From positions 718,113 to 782,112 of the forward strand of contig CAWBVY010000006.1 of NCBI GenBank assembly GCA_963792415.1: a stretch of 64,000 nucleotides of DNA. Direction: 5' to 3'. Of this stretch, positions 9,444-19,423 are shown one piece after another. The notes below the pieces were generated by a model. It was not told the origin of the DNA and made no database searches. It saw only the letters and a program-made list of their open reading frames with translations. A program made the translations under genes and the position numbers. Source of the DNA: Candidatus Deferrimicrobiaceae bacterium. GTDB lineage: Bacteria > Desulfobacterota > Deferrimicrobia > Deferrimicrobiales > Deferrimicrobiaceae. How positions within the stretch are numbered: position 1 is the stretch's first letter; the number at the start of each line of letters is the position of its first letter.

Positions 9444-10982
9444 TTGCTCGTTCGCGCCCTGTCCTTCGCCGTTCTCGGGATCGACGCGGTTCCCGTGGAA
9501 GTGGAGGCCGACATCACCCACGGCCTCCCCTCCTACACCGTCGTCGGGCTCCCCGGGGGAGCGGTCCGGGAAAGCGACGACCGGATCCGGGCCGCCGTAC
9601 GCAACTCCGGACTCCCCTTCCCGGGCCGGAAGGTCACCGTCAACCTGGCGCCGGCCGATCTGCGGAAGGACGGTTCGCTCCTCGACCTGCCGATCGCCCT
9701 GTCGGTTCTCTCCGCAGAGGGTGTCCTTCCGGGAGAAGCGCTGGCCGGGTGGATGATCGCGGGGGAACTCTCCCTCGACGGCACGGTCCGTCCGATCCGC
9801 GGGGCCCTCGCCCAGGCGATCCTCGCGCGGAAGCTTCGGATTCCGGGGGTCATCACTCCCTTCGACAACGGGGACGAGGCGCGACTGGTCCCGGGGATCC
9901 GGGTGGCCGCGGTCCGGTCCCTCCGCGAGGCGGCGGCCGTCCTCACGGGCGAGGAGCCTCCCGCCAATGGAACCGACGCCGATCCCCGGGGCGCCAATCC
10001 GAAGGACACCGGCGCTCCCGCTCCGGAGCGCGTCCCCGATCTCTCCGACGTGGTCGGCCAACCGATGGCGCGCCGGGCCCTGGAGATCGCGGCGGCGGGG
10101 TGCCACGCGATGCTCTTCGTCGGACCGCCGGGGTGCGGAAAGACGATGCTGGCGGAACGCCTTCCCGGAATCCTCCCCGACCTGTCGGCGTCGGAAGCCC
10201 TCGACGCAACGCGCATCTACGGAGCGTCCGGGGAACCGCCGTGGCCCCGCCCTCTCCTCCAGCGTCCGTTCCGGGCGCCGAACCCGTCGATCACCGCCGC
10301 CGGTCTTCTGGGCGGTGGAAACCCGCCCCGGCCGGGCGAGATCTCCTTCGCCCACTGCGGCGTGCTGTTCCTCGACGAATTCTCCGAATTCCACGCCGAG
10401 GTCCGGGAGGCGCTGCGGCAGCCGGTCGAATCGGGAGAGGTCCGGATCTCGCGATCCGGTCACCGGTACCGGTTCCCGTGCCGGTTCCTGCTGCTGGCGG
10501 CGACCAACCCGTGCCCGTGCGGCAACGCGGGCCACCCCAGGAAAGTCTGCCGGTGCTCCCCGCCGCTCCTCGACCGTTTCTCGAGAAAATTCTCGGGGCC
10601 CCTCCTCGACCGGATCGACCTCGCGGTTTCCGTGCAACCGGTCGCGGTCGAGGCGTGGTCCGGCGAGGCGCGCGGCGAATCGTCCGCGGCGGTCCGGCGT
10701 CGGGTTGAGGCGTGCAGGACGGTTCAGGAAGCGCGGTACGCGGGACGGGCATCCCGGACGAACGGGACCGTCCGCTCCGGGACGGCGGAGCTGCTGCGGG
10801 AGCTCACCCCGGAGGCGGCCGCGTTCCTCACGCGGGCCGCGGAACGGCTCTCCCTCTCGGGGAGGGCGATCGGGAAGGCATGCCGCGTGGCGCGGACGAT
10901 CGCCGATCTCGCCGGCGAGCGCCGGGCGGGACTCCCCCACGCCGCCGAAGCCCTCCAGTACCGCCTGTCGGGATTCGGGTGA
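9444..10982 (+). CDS. yifB: YifB/ComM Mg-chelatase-like AAA+ ATPase
   Basis: TTG start after AGGAGG RBS; Lon-like N-domain, Walker A GPPGCGKTM, ChlI core, C-terminal domain. Confidence 0.85.
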   Translation: MLVRALSFAVLGIDAVPVEVEADITHGLPSYTVVGLPGGAVRESDDRIRAAVRNSGLPFPGRKVTVNLAPADLRKDGSLLDLPIALSVLSAEGVLPGEALAGWMIAGELSLDGTVRPIRGALAQAILARKLRIPGVITPFDNGDEARLVPGIRVAAVRSLREAAAVLTGEEPPANGTDADPRGANPKDTGAPAPERVPDLSDVVGQPMARRALEIAAAGCHAMLFVGPPGCGKTMLAERLPGILPDLSASEALDATRIYGASGEPPWPRPLLQRPFRAPNPSITAAGLLGGGNPPRPGEISFAHCGVLFLDEFSEFHAEVREALRQPVESGEVRISRSGHRYRFPCRFLLLAATNPCPCGNAGHPRKVCRCSPPLLDRFSRKFSGPLLDRIDLAVSVQPVAVEAWSGEARGESSAAVRRRVEACRTVQEARYAGRASRTNGTVRSGTAELLRELTPEAAAFLTRAAERLSLSGRAIGKACRVARTIADLAGERRAGLPHAAEALQYRLSGFG

Positions 10983-10984
10983 GC

Positions 10985-12004
10985 TTACAGCCGGTCGGCG
11001 ATGTCCCAGAACACCTTTTCGACGTAGTTGCGGAAGCCGTGGATGAAGGCGCAGCGGGTGTGGAACATCGCGAGCGATCCGCAGAAGTAGAGGCCCGGGA
11101 CGCTCGACTCCCCGACCGTGGAGATGCGGGGATACCCCTTCTCCCCGACGTCGACCGGGCCGCCCTCGACAGGGATCCAGCGGGGGCGATACCCCGTGGC
11201 GCAGACGATCCAGTCGAACGACTCCCGCGCACCGGAGGCGAATGCCGCCGTCCCGTCCGAAAGGGAGACGACCGGGTCCGCCTCGCGCAGGGAGAGGATC
11301 CCGAAGCGGAACAGCTCCTTCAGGACGCTCTCCGACGTGCCGCGGATATCATGCAGATCCCCGGACTCGCTGAAGTAGCGCAGCGGAGCGCGGGTGCACA
11401 TCGTCGTAAGCGCGGTCCCGGCGAGCTCGATGCACAGTTCCGCGGCGGAGTTCCCGCCGCCGATCACGAGCACCCGCTTCCGGTCGTACGCCATGCAGTT
11501 GAGGAAGTCTCCCGAATGGAGCACCCGCGGGTTCCCGTCGATCCCCGGGATCTCCGGATAGCGGGGCACCGAGGCGCTTCCCGTGGCGATCACGAGGAAC
11601 CGGCAGGGGATCTCGGGGCCGCCGCCCACGGAAACGGCGAACCCCTCCGGCGTCCGCCGGGCGCCGACGACCTCGGTGCGCTCGGCGACCTCGACGCCCA
11701 GATCGCGCGCGAAGGCCTCCACGTAGCAAAGAAAATCCTCCCGGGTCGGGAAGGGGCGCCGCACGCCGGGGAAGGACCAGATGGGACGATCCAGGGTCAG
11801 GGAGGTCCAGTCGGTGCCGGGAACCCCCGGGGAGAGAAGAACCATTCCGGGGCGCATGTCGCGCCACGACTGTACGATCTTCCCCCGCTCGAGGACCTTG
11901 TGACGAATCCCGTGCTCCCGGAAGTGGTGGGCCAGGAGGATCCCGGCCGGCCCACCCCCGACGATGACGACGTCTGTCACGTTGCCCGCCTCTCCCTTCG
12001 ACAT
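10985..12004 (-). CDS. FAD/NAD(P)-binding oxidoreductase (pyridine nucleotide-disulfide / YpdA-like)
   Basis: 339 aa; N-terminal VVIVGGGPAG dinucleotide fold and second VLVIGGGNSAAE Rossmann motif. Confidence 0.75.
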   Translation of the reverse strand: MSKGEAGNVTDVVIVGGGPAGILLAHHFREHGIRHKVLERGKIVQSWRDMRPGMVLLSPGVPGTDWTSLTLDRPIWSFPGVRRPFPTREDFLCYVEAFARDLGVEVAERTEVVGARRTPEGFAVSVGGGPEIPCRFLVIATGSASVPRYPEIPGIDGNPRVLHSGDFLNCMAYDRKRVLVIGGGNSAAELCIELAGTALTTMCTRAPLRYFSESGDLHDIRGTSESVLKELFRFGILSLREADPVVSLSDGTAAFASGARESFDWIVCATGYRPRWIPVEGGPVDVGEKGYPRISTVGESSVPGLYFCGSLAMFHTRCAFIHGFRNYVEKVFWDIADRL

Positions 12005-12092
12005 TCCCCAGCGTCCTGATCCGATGTAGTATATAGGTTCCGACTTCCGGTTGTTCCACGACGCGATCGGTTTCCCGGGGAGGTTTTCGAAG

Positions 12093-12121
12093 TTGACAGG
12101 GGAAACCTCTTTCCCTATAGT
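12093..12121 (+). promoter_or_regulatory. Sigma70-type promoter of the rplU-rpmA-obg operon (TTGACA-N17-TATAGT)
   Basis: TTGACA at 12093-12098, 17 nt spacer, TATAGT at 12116-12121, ~38 nt upstream of rplU ATG with GGAGGG RBS. Confidence 0.5.
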
Positions 12122-12159
12122 GGTTTGTTCTTATCGAACCGCATGGAGGGCACGATCCT

Positions 12160-12474
12160 ATGTACGCAGTTGTCCGCACAGGGGGGAAGCAGCTCCGCGT
12201 CTCCCCGGGCGATGTCGTCAACGTCGAGAAACTTTCGGTCGAGCCCGGCGCGACCGTCGAACTCACGGACGTGCTGATGGTGTCGACCGAGCAGGGAACC
12301 ACCGTGGGGACTCCCACCGTCGAGGGCGCCTCCGTGATCTGCACGGCGGTCAGGGACGGCAAGGGGAAGAAGATCACCATCTACAAGTACAAGAGGCGGA
12401 AGGGCTTCTCGAAGAAACAGGGGCACCGCCAGCCGTTCACCACGCTTTCCGTGACCGAAATCCGGGTCGGTTGA
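12160..12474 (+). CDS. rplU: 50S ribosomal protein L21
   Basis: 104 aa [11 protein letters not shown]... canonical bL21. Confidence 0.95.
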   Translation: MYAVVRTGGKQLRVSPGDVVNVEKLSVEPGATVELTDVLMVSTEQGTTVGTPTVEGASVICTAVRDGKGKKITIYKYKRRKGFSKKQGHRQPFTTLSVTEIRVG

Positions 12475-12499
12475 CCCGCGGGGAAGGGGCCAGGACACC

Positions 12500-12757
12500 A
12501 TGGCGCATAAAAAAGGCGTCGGCAGTTCGAGAAACGGGCGGGACAGCCAGAGCAAGCGTCTCGGCGTGAAGCGGTTCGGCGGCGAGTCCGTTTCCGCCGG
12601 GAGCATCATCATCCGCCAGCGGGGTACCGCGATCCACCCGGGAGACAACGTCGGGATCGGGAAGGATCACACCCTCTTCGCGCTGATCGACGGCGTGGTC
12701 CAGTTCGCCCGCATGGGAAAAGATCGCAAGAGGGTTTCCGTCCTCTCCGCCTCGTAG
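12500..12757 (+). CDS. rpmA: 50S ribosomal protein L27
   Basis: 85 aa [16 protein letters not shown]... canonical bL27. Confidence 0.95.
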   Translation: MAHKKGVGSSRNGRDSQSKRLGVKRFGGESVSAGSIIIRQRGTAIHPGDNVGIGKDHTLFALIDGVVQFARMGKDRKRVSVLSAS

Positions 12758-12769
12758 CGCCCCCCGTTC

Positions 12770-13777
12770 ATGCACTTCATCGATGAAGCCACGATCACCG
12801 TCCGGTCCGGGGACGGTGGTCGGGGCTGCGTCAGTTTTCGCCGGGAAAAATTCGTTCCCCGCGGCGGCCCCGACGGCGGCGACGGGGGGAACGGCGGGAG
12901 CGTCCTCGTCGAAGTGAGCCCGAACCTCTCCACCCTGCTCGACTTCCGGTACCGGAACCTGTTCAAGGCGGCGCGCGGCCAGCACGGCATGGGAAAGAAC
13001 ATGCACGGGAAGGGGGCGCCCGACCGACGGATCGCCGTGCCCCCAGGGACGATCGTCACCGACGCGGATACCGGCGAGATCCTCGCGGATCTCACGCGAA
13101 CCGGGGAAACGGTCCTGGTCGCGAAGGGGGGGCGCGGGGGCCGGGGCAATTCGGCGTTCACCTCCTCCGTGAACCAGGCCCCGGACCAGGCGGAACCCGG
13201 GCGCCCCGGGCGGGAGCGGCGCCTGCGGCTCGAACTCAAGCTGATCGCGGAGATCGGGCTCATCGGCCTCCCGAACGCCGGGAAATCGACCCTTCTTTCG
13301 CGGATCTCCCGGGCACACCCGAAGATCGCGGATTACCCGTTCACGACCCTCTCCCCCGTCCTCGGAGTGGTTTCCCACCGGGACGAGGAGATCGTCGTCG
13401 CGGACCTGCCGGGCCTGATCGAGGGCGCGCACCGTGGCGTGGGGCTGGGGCACCGGTTCCTGCGGCACGCCGAGCGGACGGAGGGGCTCATCCACCTGCT
13501 CGACGCGTCGCAGGATCCCGACGGGATCGTCGTGGCCTACCGCACCATCCGCGACGAAATGGAGAAGTTCGGTCCCGAACTCGCGGCACGTCCCACCCTG
13601 CTCGCCTTCACCAAGATGGACCTGACGGGGGCCCGGGAAAACGCCGAGCGCGCCCTGGATTCGATCCGCCACCCCGCGGGGGGGATCCATTTCATCTCCG
13701 CGGCCACCGGGGAGGGGATCGCGCCCCTGCTCGACGGGATGCTGGCCTTGAGAAAGAGGGAGACCGATGTCGCCTGA
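12770..13777 (+). CDS. obg: GTPase Obg/CgtA
   Basis: 335 aa; Obg fold N-domain with Gly-rich repeats, G1 GLPNAGKST, G3 DLPG. Confidence 0.95.
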   Translation: MHFIDEATITVRSGDGGRGCVSFRREKFVPRGGPDGGDGGNGGSVLVEVSPNLSTLLDFRYRNLFKAARGQHGMGKNMHGKGAPDRRIAVPPGTIVTDADTGEILADLTRTGETVLVAKGGRGGRGNSAFTSSVNQAPDQAEPGRPGRERRLRLELKLIAEIGLIGLPNAGKSTLLSRISRAHPKIADYPFTTLSPVLGVVSHRDEEIVVADLPGLIEGAHRGVGLGHRFLRHAERTEGLIHLLDASQDPDGIVVAYRTIRDEMEKFGPELAARPTLLAFTKMDLTGARENAERALDSIRHPAGGIHFISAATGEGIAPLLDGMLALRKRETDVA

Positions 13778-14990
13778 GGGGACGGCCGCGAAACGCGGGA
13801 AGGCCGGTTCCCGACTTCCCGGGATCCGGCGGGTCGTGGTCAAGCTGGGAAGCGGCACGGTCACCGATCCGGGGAAGGGGTTGCGGGAGCCGACGATCCG
13901 CGCACTCGCGGCACAACTCTCCTCCGCCTGGACGGAGTTCGGCGTTTCCTTCGTCGTGGTCACCTCCGGGGCGATCGCCGCGGGGAGGAAGAAGCTGGGG
14001 ATGGTCGAGCGCCCCCGGACGGTGGCGCTCAAGCAGGCAGCGGCAGCCGTCGGGCAGACGTCCCTGATGCGCGCCTATGAGCGTGCGTTCGAGAAGCGCG
14101 GTCGCCACGTGGCGCAACTGCTCCTCACCCACGAGGATTTCGAGGATCGGAAGCGGTACGTGAACGCGAGGAACACGCTTTTCACCCTGCTCTCCCGTGG
14201 GATCGTCCCGATCATCAACGAGAACGACACGGTGGCGACCGAGGAGATCCGTCTGGAAGGGGACGGGGGGGGGGCGAACGACCACCTGGCGACGCTGGTG
14301 ACCCAGATGATCGGTGCGGACCTGCTGATCCTGCTCACCGACAGCGACGGGCTCTTCACGAAGGATCCCCACCGGCACCCCGACGCCCGCCGCATCCCGG
14401 TCGTGCGGGACATCGACGACGAGTCGGTCCTTGCAGCCGTCGGCCGGCGCATCTCCGCGGAAGGAACCGGGGGGATGGCGTCGAAGATCCAGGCGGCCAG
14501 GATCCTTTCGGCGTCCGGGGTCCCGGTCGTAATCGCCTCGGGGCTCTCCCGGCGATCGGTCCTCGACGCGTTGGCGGGGAAGGACGCGGGGACGCTCATC
14601 CTGCCGCGGGCCGCCGGGAAGCTTTCGAGCCGCAAGATGTGGATCGCGTACGCCCGCCACTCCCAGGGGACCGTTCTCGTGGACGACGGCGCGCGGAAGG
14701 TGCTCCTGGAGGGAGGGAAGAGCCTCCTGCCCGCGGGAGTGATCGGGACGCAGGGGCGGTTCCTTCCGGGGGACATGGTCTCCATCGCCGATCCCCGGGG
14801 GCGGGTCTTCGCGCGGGGGATCGCCCGGTGGGGCAGCGAACAGGTGGACCTGGGGAAGGGAAAACGCAGCACGGAGGTCCGCATTCTCCTCGGGCCGGAG
14901 ACCCCGTCCGAGGTCGTCCACCGCGACGACCTGACGATCCTGCCGCACTCCGGCACTTCCGAATCGAGGAAGGGAGCCGCACCCAGATGA
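13767..14990 (+). CDS. proB: Glutamate 5-kinase with C-terminal PUA domain
   Basis: 407 aa; amino-acid kinase fold plus PUA; 11 nt overlap with obg. Confidence 0.9.
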   Translation: MSPEGTAAKRGKAGSRLPGIRRVVVKLGSGTVTDPGKGLREPTIRALAAQLSSAWTEFGVSFVVVTSGAIAAGRKKLGMVERPRTVALKQAAAAVGQTSLMRAYERAFEKRGRHVAQLLLTHEDFEDRKRYVNARNTLFTLLSRGIVPIINENDTVATEEIRLEGDGGGANDHLATLVTQMIGADLLILLTDSDGLFTKDPHRHPDARRIPVVRDIDDESVLAAVGRRISAEGTGGMASKIQAARILSASGVPVVIASGLSRRSVLDALAGKDAGTLILPRAAGKLSSRKMWIAYARHSQGTVLVDDGARKVLLEGGKSLLPAGVIGTQGRFLPGDMVSIADPRGRVFARGIARWGSEQVDLGKGKRSTEVRILLGPETPSEVVHRDDLTILPHSGTSESRKGAAPR

Positions 14991-16255
14991 TCGCGAACGA
15001 GACGACCGAGGCGGTGGTGGAGCGGATCTGCAAGGCGGCGAAGACGGCGGCGCCTCCGCTGGCCCGGGCGGGAACGGCGGCCCGAAACGACGCCCTTCGT
15101 GCCATGGCGCGGGGGATACGAGACCGGGCGGAGTTCCTGAAGGTGGAGAATGCCGGGGATGTGGCGGCCGGAGAGGCCCGGGGTCTTTCGGCCGCGATGA
15201 TCGACCGCCTGCGCCTGACCGACAGGGTGATCGCGCAGATGGCGGACGGGATCGACGAGGTGGCGGCGCTCCCGGATCCCCTCGGCGGGATCGAGCGGCT
15301 TTCGCCCCGCCCGAACGGCCTTCTGGTCGGACGGATGCGGATCCCCCTCGGAGTGATCGCGATCATCTACGAGTCGCGCCCCAACGTCACCGCGGACGCC
15401 GCGGCCCTGTGCGTCAAGTCCGGGAACGCCGTGATCCTGCGCGGGGGGTCGGAGGCGATCCGCTCGAACGTTGCGATCGCGGGGATCCTTCGGGAAGCGC
15501 TTGCCGGGGCCGGACTGCCGGAGGACGCCGTTTCCCTCGTGCCGAGAACCGACCGGGCCGCGATCGACGTCCTGCTTACGAAGGAGGAGTACATCGACCT
15601 GGTCATCCCGCGGGGGGGCGAGGGGCTCATCCGGAGCGTGGCGGAAAAGTCCCGCATCCCGGTGATCAAGCATTACAAGGGGGTCTGCCACGTCTACGTG
15701 GACGAGGGGGCCGAGATCCCGCTCGCGGTGCGGGTCTGCGTGAACGCGAAGGCGCAGCGCCCCGGAGTCTGCAACGCCATGGAAACCCTCCTCGTGCACG
15801 AGGGGATCGCGTCCGAGTTTCTTCCCGAGGCGGCGAGGGCGCTTTCCGCCGCGGGCGTCGCGATCCGCGGCTGCCCGGAGACGGTGCGACTCGTCCCGGC
15901 CGCCGTCCCCGCCCAGGAAAAGGACTGGGGGACCGAATACCTCGACCTCATCCTCGCCGTGCGCGTGGTCCCGTCGATCGACGCGGCGATGGAGCACATC
16001 CGGATGCACGGGTCCCTGCACACCGAGGCGATCCTCACCCGCGACCACGGCCGCGCGATGCGCTTCCTGCGCGAGGTCGACTCGTCGCTCGTGCTGGTGA
16101 ACGCCTCGACCCGCTTCAACGACGGCTACCAGCTCGGGCTGGGGGCGGAGATCGGCATCAGCACGACGAAGATCCACGCCTTCGGGCCGATGGGGCTGTC
16201 CGAGCTCACCACGACAAAATTCGTCGCCTTCGGCGACGGTCAGGTGCGGCAGTAG
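14987..16255 (+). CDS. proA: Gamma-glutamyl phosphate reductase
   Basis: Start MIANETTE (ATGA overlap with proB stop); aldehyde dehydrogenase-type ProA, catalytic Cys in [11 protein letters not shown]. Confidence 0.9.
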   Translation: MIANETTEAVVERICKAAKTAAPPLARAGTAARNDALRAMARGIRDRAEFLKVENAGDVAAGEARGLSAAMIDRLRLTDRVIAQMADGIDEVAALPDPLGGIERLSPRPNGLLVGRMRIPLGVIAIIYESRPNVTADAAALCVKSGNAVILRGGSEAIRSNVAIAGILREALAGAGLPEDAVSLVPRTDRAAIDVLLTKEEYIDLVIPRGGEGLIRSVAEKSRIPVIKHYKGVCHVYVDEGAEIPLAVRVCVNAKAQRPGVCNAMETLLVHEGIASEFLPEAARALSAAGVAIRGCPETVRLVPAAVPAQEKDWGTEYLDLILAVRVVPSIDAAMEHIRMHGSLHTEAILTRDHGRAMRFLREVDSSLVLVNASTRFNDGYQLGLGAEIGISTTKIHAFGPMGLSELTTTKFVAFGDGQVRQ

Positions 16256-16929
16256 TGGAAGGAAGGAGTCCCCGGATCGCCATCTTCGGCGGCACCTTCG
16301 ACCCGTTCCACAACGGCCACCTTCGGATGGCCGTGGAGGTAATGGAAGGGCTCCCGCTGACCGCCCTCTTCCTGGTCCCGTCGGCCCGCCCCCCCCACAA
16401 GCCTTCCCGGCCGATGGCCCCCGCGGAGGATCGCCTCGCGATGGCGTCCGCCGCCGTCGCCGGGATCGAGGGGATCTCCGTCCTGGACCTCGAACTTCGC
16501 CGCGAAGGCCCTTCGTACTCCCTTCTCACGGTCCGGGAAGTGTCCGAAGGGAACCCGGGAGCCGACCTCCTGTTCCTGATCGGCGCCGATGCGTTCGCGG
16601 AGATCTCCACATGGCACCGGTACCGCGATCTCCTCGCAGCGTGTGATTTCCTGCTCCTCCCCCGGCCGGGGATTTCTCCCGAGGCGTCGTTCCCTCCCGG
16701 GATCCTCATTGAACCCGATGGGAACCGTTGCTATAATCTTCCCGGGTGTTCCTACCGTCTCCCCGGCGGGCGCCGGCTGCATTGCCCGGTTCTTCCGGTC
16801 CTGGAAATTTCGTCGCGTTCCATCCGGGAAAAGGTTCGGCGGGGGAGATCGCTCCGGGGGCTGGTGCCTCCCGAGGTCGAGCGGCACATCACGGAACACG
16901 GCCTGTACCGTGGGAAAGAAAGAGGGTAG
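16255..16929 (+). CDS. nadD: Nicotinate-nucleotide adenylyltransferase
   Basis: GTG start overlapping proA TAG; N-terminal IAIFGGTFDPFHNGH (H/T)xGH nucleotidyltransferase motif. Confidence 0.8.
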   Translation: MEGRSPRIAIFGGTFDPFHNGHLRMAVEVMEGLPLTALFLVPSARPPHKPSRPMAPAEDRLAMASAAVAGIEGISVLDLELRREGPSYSLLTVREVSEGNPGADLLFLIGADAFAEISTWHRYRDLLAACDFLLLPRPGISPEASFPPGILIEPDGNRCYNLPGCSYRLPGGRRLHCPVLPVLEISSRSIREKVRRGRSLRGLVPPEVERHITEHGLYRGKERG

Positions 16930-17286
16930 CCGGTCATCACCACGCGGGACATACTGCTTCGATGCGCCGGCCTCGCGCGGGAGAAAAAGGGGTTCGACAT
17001 CCTCGCCCTCGACGTCCGGGAGCACGCCGGCTTCACCGACTACTTTCTCCTCTGCTCGGGGAGTTCCGACCGGCAGGTCCAGGCCCTGTCGAATCACATC
17101 GCGGAAACGCTGAAAAAGGAGCAGGGGGTCAAGCCCCTCGGCACCGAAGGGCTTCGCGAAGGGCGTTGGGTGCTCCTCGACTACGGTGATTTCGTGGTGC
17201 ACGTGTTCCAGGACAGCGTGCGTGAGTTCTACAACTTCGACCAGTTGTGGGGGGCGGCGCCCGAGGTGCCGGTTCCACAGGAATAG
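16930..17286 (+). CDS. rsfS: Ribosomal silencing factor RsfS (Iojap/YbeB); no ATG/GTG/TTG start in frame
   Basis: 118 codons in frame directly after nadD TAG; GFDILALDVREHAGFTDYFLLCSGSSDRQVQAL matches the RsfS core; absent from the ORF track because no canonical start exists. Confidence 0.7.
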   Translation, partial: PVITTRDILLRCAGLAREKKGFDILALDVREHAGFTDYFLLCSGSSDRQVQALSNHIAETLKKEQGVKPLGTEGLREGRWVLLDYGDFVVHVFQDSVREFYNFDQLWGAAPEVPVPQE

Positions 17287-17306
17287 GCCCGGAGGGCACG
17301 GCGCCG

Positions 17307-18635
17307 ATGGCGGTTCGCCTTCTTTTTCTCCTCTTTGTCGTCATCCTCGTCGCGTTCTCCTACATTTCCCTGCTGAACGGCCAGCATGTGCCGTTCTACT
17401 ACTCCGCCACACGGCAGTTGGACGTCTCCGTCAGCGAGCTGGCGATCCTCGCCTTCTCCCTCGGGGCGGCGATGGTCATCCTGGGGACGCTGGTCAAGGA
17501 CGTGACCGCGGCGTCACAAAACTGGCGGGAGCGCCGGGAGAAGCAGCGCCGGGATTCCGCGCGGGCACGTGCGGCAAGGGCGGGAGAGATGGTCCAGCGG
17601 GGAATGCTGACCGAGGCGGTCAAGGAGTTGACGCGCAGCCTTGCCGTCAATCCGGACGACCGGGAGGCGCTGGATCTCCTCGCTACCGCGCAGGCGGAGC
17701 TCGGAAATTCCCTCGAGGCGGTGAAAGCCATCACCCGGATGAAGCAGATCGATCCGTCGGACCTCTCGGTGTACTTCCGGCTGGCGCGCCTCTACCGGGA
17801 GATGAACGACCCGGAAGCCGCGCTGGCGACACTCAAAGCCGTCGAGGCGACGGAAGAGGAGAATCCCCGCGCCTGGGAGGCGATCCGGGAGATCCACCTG
17901 GCACGCGGAGAGATGGTCCAGGCGTACAACGAGCAGAAGAAACTCATGAAGCTTCGGGGAAAGGATGCTTCCCGCGCCGAGCAGGCGATGTTCCTCTCCC
18001 TCCGGTACGAGAAAGCCCTTGTCCGCCTCGCACAGGGGAAGGGGGACGACGCCGAGCGGCGGCTTCGGGACGTGATCAAGGACGACCCGTCCTTCTGCGC
18101 GGCCCACATCGCCCTCTCCGAGCAGCTTCGGGCGCGGAGCCTCGACGATGCGACCGAGATCCTTCTGCAGGGGTTCCACGCGACGCGCAATCCCGTCTTC
18201 CTCATCAAGCTCGAGGACCTCTGCGTGGAGACGGAGCGGCCGCAAGCGATGATCCGGATCTACTCCCGGCTGCAGCAGGGGTACCCGTCCGACTACGACG
18301 TCAACCTCTTCATGGGAAAGTTCTTCCTTCGGCTCGAGATGATCGACGAGGGATTGGAACAGTTGTTGAAGGCCGAAACCCTGGACCCGGAGCGCGAGTC
18401 GGTGAACATCCTGCTCGCGGAGGCGTTCCGGCGAAGGGGGCGGTATGAATCGGCGAGTCTCCACTACCAGCGGGCCTTCGGCTACAAGCGGAGATACCTC
18501 ATCCCCTTCCGGTGTTCCTCCTGCGGATCCTCCACCATCAAATGGACCGCACGGTGCCCCTCCTGCGGGATATGGAACGGGTACGCCATCGACCACGGAA
18601 ACCGGGAGTACGCCGCCTCCGCAACCCCCCGCTGA
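17307..18635 (+). CDS. lapB: LapB/YciM-like TPR protein (N-terminal TM, TPR repeats, C-terminal rubredoxin-type zinc ribbon)
   Basis: Start MAVRLLFLLFVVIL after GGAGGG RBS; TPR repeats; C-terminal CSSCGSS...CPSCG. Confidence 0.8.
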   Translation: MAVRLLFLLFVVILVAFSYISLLNGQHVPFYYSATRQLDVSVSELAILAFSLGAAMVILGTLVKDVTAASQNWRERREKQRRDSARARAARAGEMVQRGMLTEAVKELTRSLAVNPDDREALDLLATAQAELGNSLEAVKAITRMKQIDPSDLSVYFRLARLYREMNDPEAALATLKAVEATEEENPRAWEAIREIHLARGEMVQAYNEQKKLMKLRGKDASRAEQAMFLSLRYEKALVRLAQGKGDDAERRLRDVIKDDPSFCAAHIALSEQLRARSLDDATEILLQGFHATRNPVFLIKLEDLCVETERPQAMIRIYSRLQQGYPSDYDVNLFMGKFFLRLEMIDEGLEQLLKAETLDPERESVNILLAEAFRRRGRYESASLHYQRAFGYKRRYLIPFRCSSCGSSTIKWTARCPSCGIWNGYAIDHGNREYAASATPR

Positions 18636-18642
18636 ATCTCCG

Positions 18643-19398
18643 TTGTGCGCCGCGCCATCCCGCGGCGCGCGGAATCGGCCGCGCTTCCGGACCGCGCGAT
18701 GGATCCGGGACTTCTCGGCGCTTCGGGAACTGCTCCCCTTCGGATCCCCCGACCTTTCCCCATCCGCCGTCGCCCGGTGGCCCGCGCACGACTTCGCTGT
18801 ATGCCCCCGGTGCGGCGCATTCGAAGGTTCCGGACCCGGGGTGCCTCCGCCTCCCTGCGGCCTCTGCGCCGGCGCCCCTCCCCCGTTCGACGCCGCGCGC
18901 TCCCTCTTCGCCTACGCGGGGGACGTTCGCGCCGCGATCGTAGCGACGAAATACGCGGGCCGCCCCTACCCTGCCGACGCTGTGGCCCTGCGGATCCACG
19001 AGGCCCTCGTTGGGCGATGGAGGGACCTGATTCCGGACGGGGTCCCTCCTGCCGTGGTTCCGGTACCGGCCCACCCATGGAAATATTTCCGACGGGGGTT
19101 CAACCTCCCCGCGCTGATCGCTTCCCGTCTTTCGAGACGCAGCGGTCTTCCGTTCGACCCGCTGGCGCTTTCGAGAACCCGGGAGCGGTCTCCCCAGGCG
19201 CGCCTTCCCGGGATCCTCCGGCACGGGAATGTCGAGGGGGCTTTCCGCGTGCCGGGACGCCGCGAGGTTCCGTCGACAATCCTTCTGCTCGACGATGTGT
19301 ACACCTCCGGCGCCACGGCGGAAGCGTGCGCCCGCGCCTTGAAAAGCGCCGGCGCGGACTCTATAGTGGTCGTGACGGTAGCGCGCACCGTTTCCTGA
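18643..19398 (+). CDS. comF: ComF-family protein (double-Cys N-terminus + phosphoribosyltransferase-type domain)
   Basis: CPRCG...CGLC zinc-finger-like N-terminus, PRTase motif ILLLDDVYTSGAT; start (TTG at 18643) uncertain. Confidence 0.7.
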   Translation: MCAAPSRGARNRPRFRTARWIRDFSALRELLPFGSPDLSPSAVARWPAHDFAVCPRCGAFEGSGPGVPPPPCGLCAGAPPPFDAARSLFAYAGDVRAAIVATKYAGRPYPADAVALRIHEALVGRWRDLIPDGVPPAVVPVPAHPWKYFRRGFNLPALIASRLSRRSGLPFDPLALSRTRERSPQARLPGILRHGNVEGAFRVPGRREVPSTILLLDDVYTSGATAEACARALKSAGADSIVVVTVARTVS

Positions 19399-19423
19399 TA
19401 TTCATGCGCTGCACGGAGTCCCG

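Noticed and set aside
7354-9756. 800 aa plus-strand ORF and 593 aa minus-strand ORF (7736-9517) overlapping the transglutaminase gene
   Set aside because: They are alternative-frame or antisense artefacts. They are extremely Arg/Pro/Gly-rich and have no motifs, while the transglutaminase frame carries a TM region and a Cys-His-Asp core.
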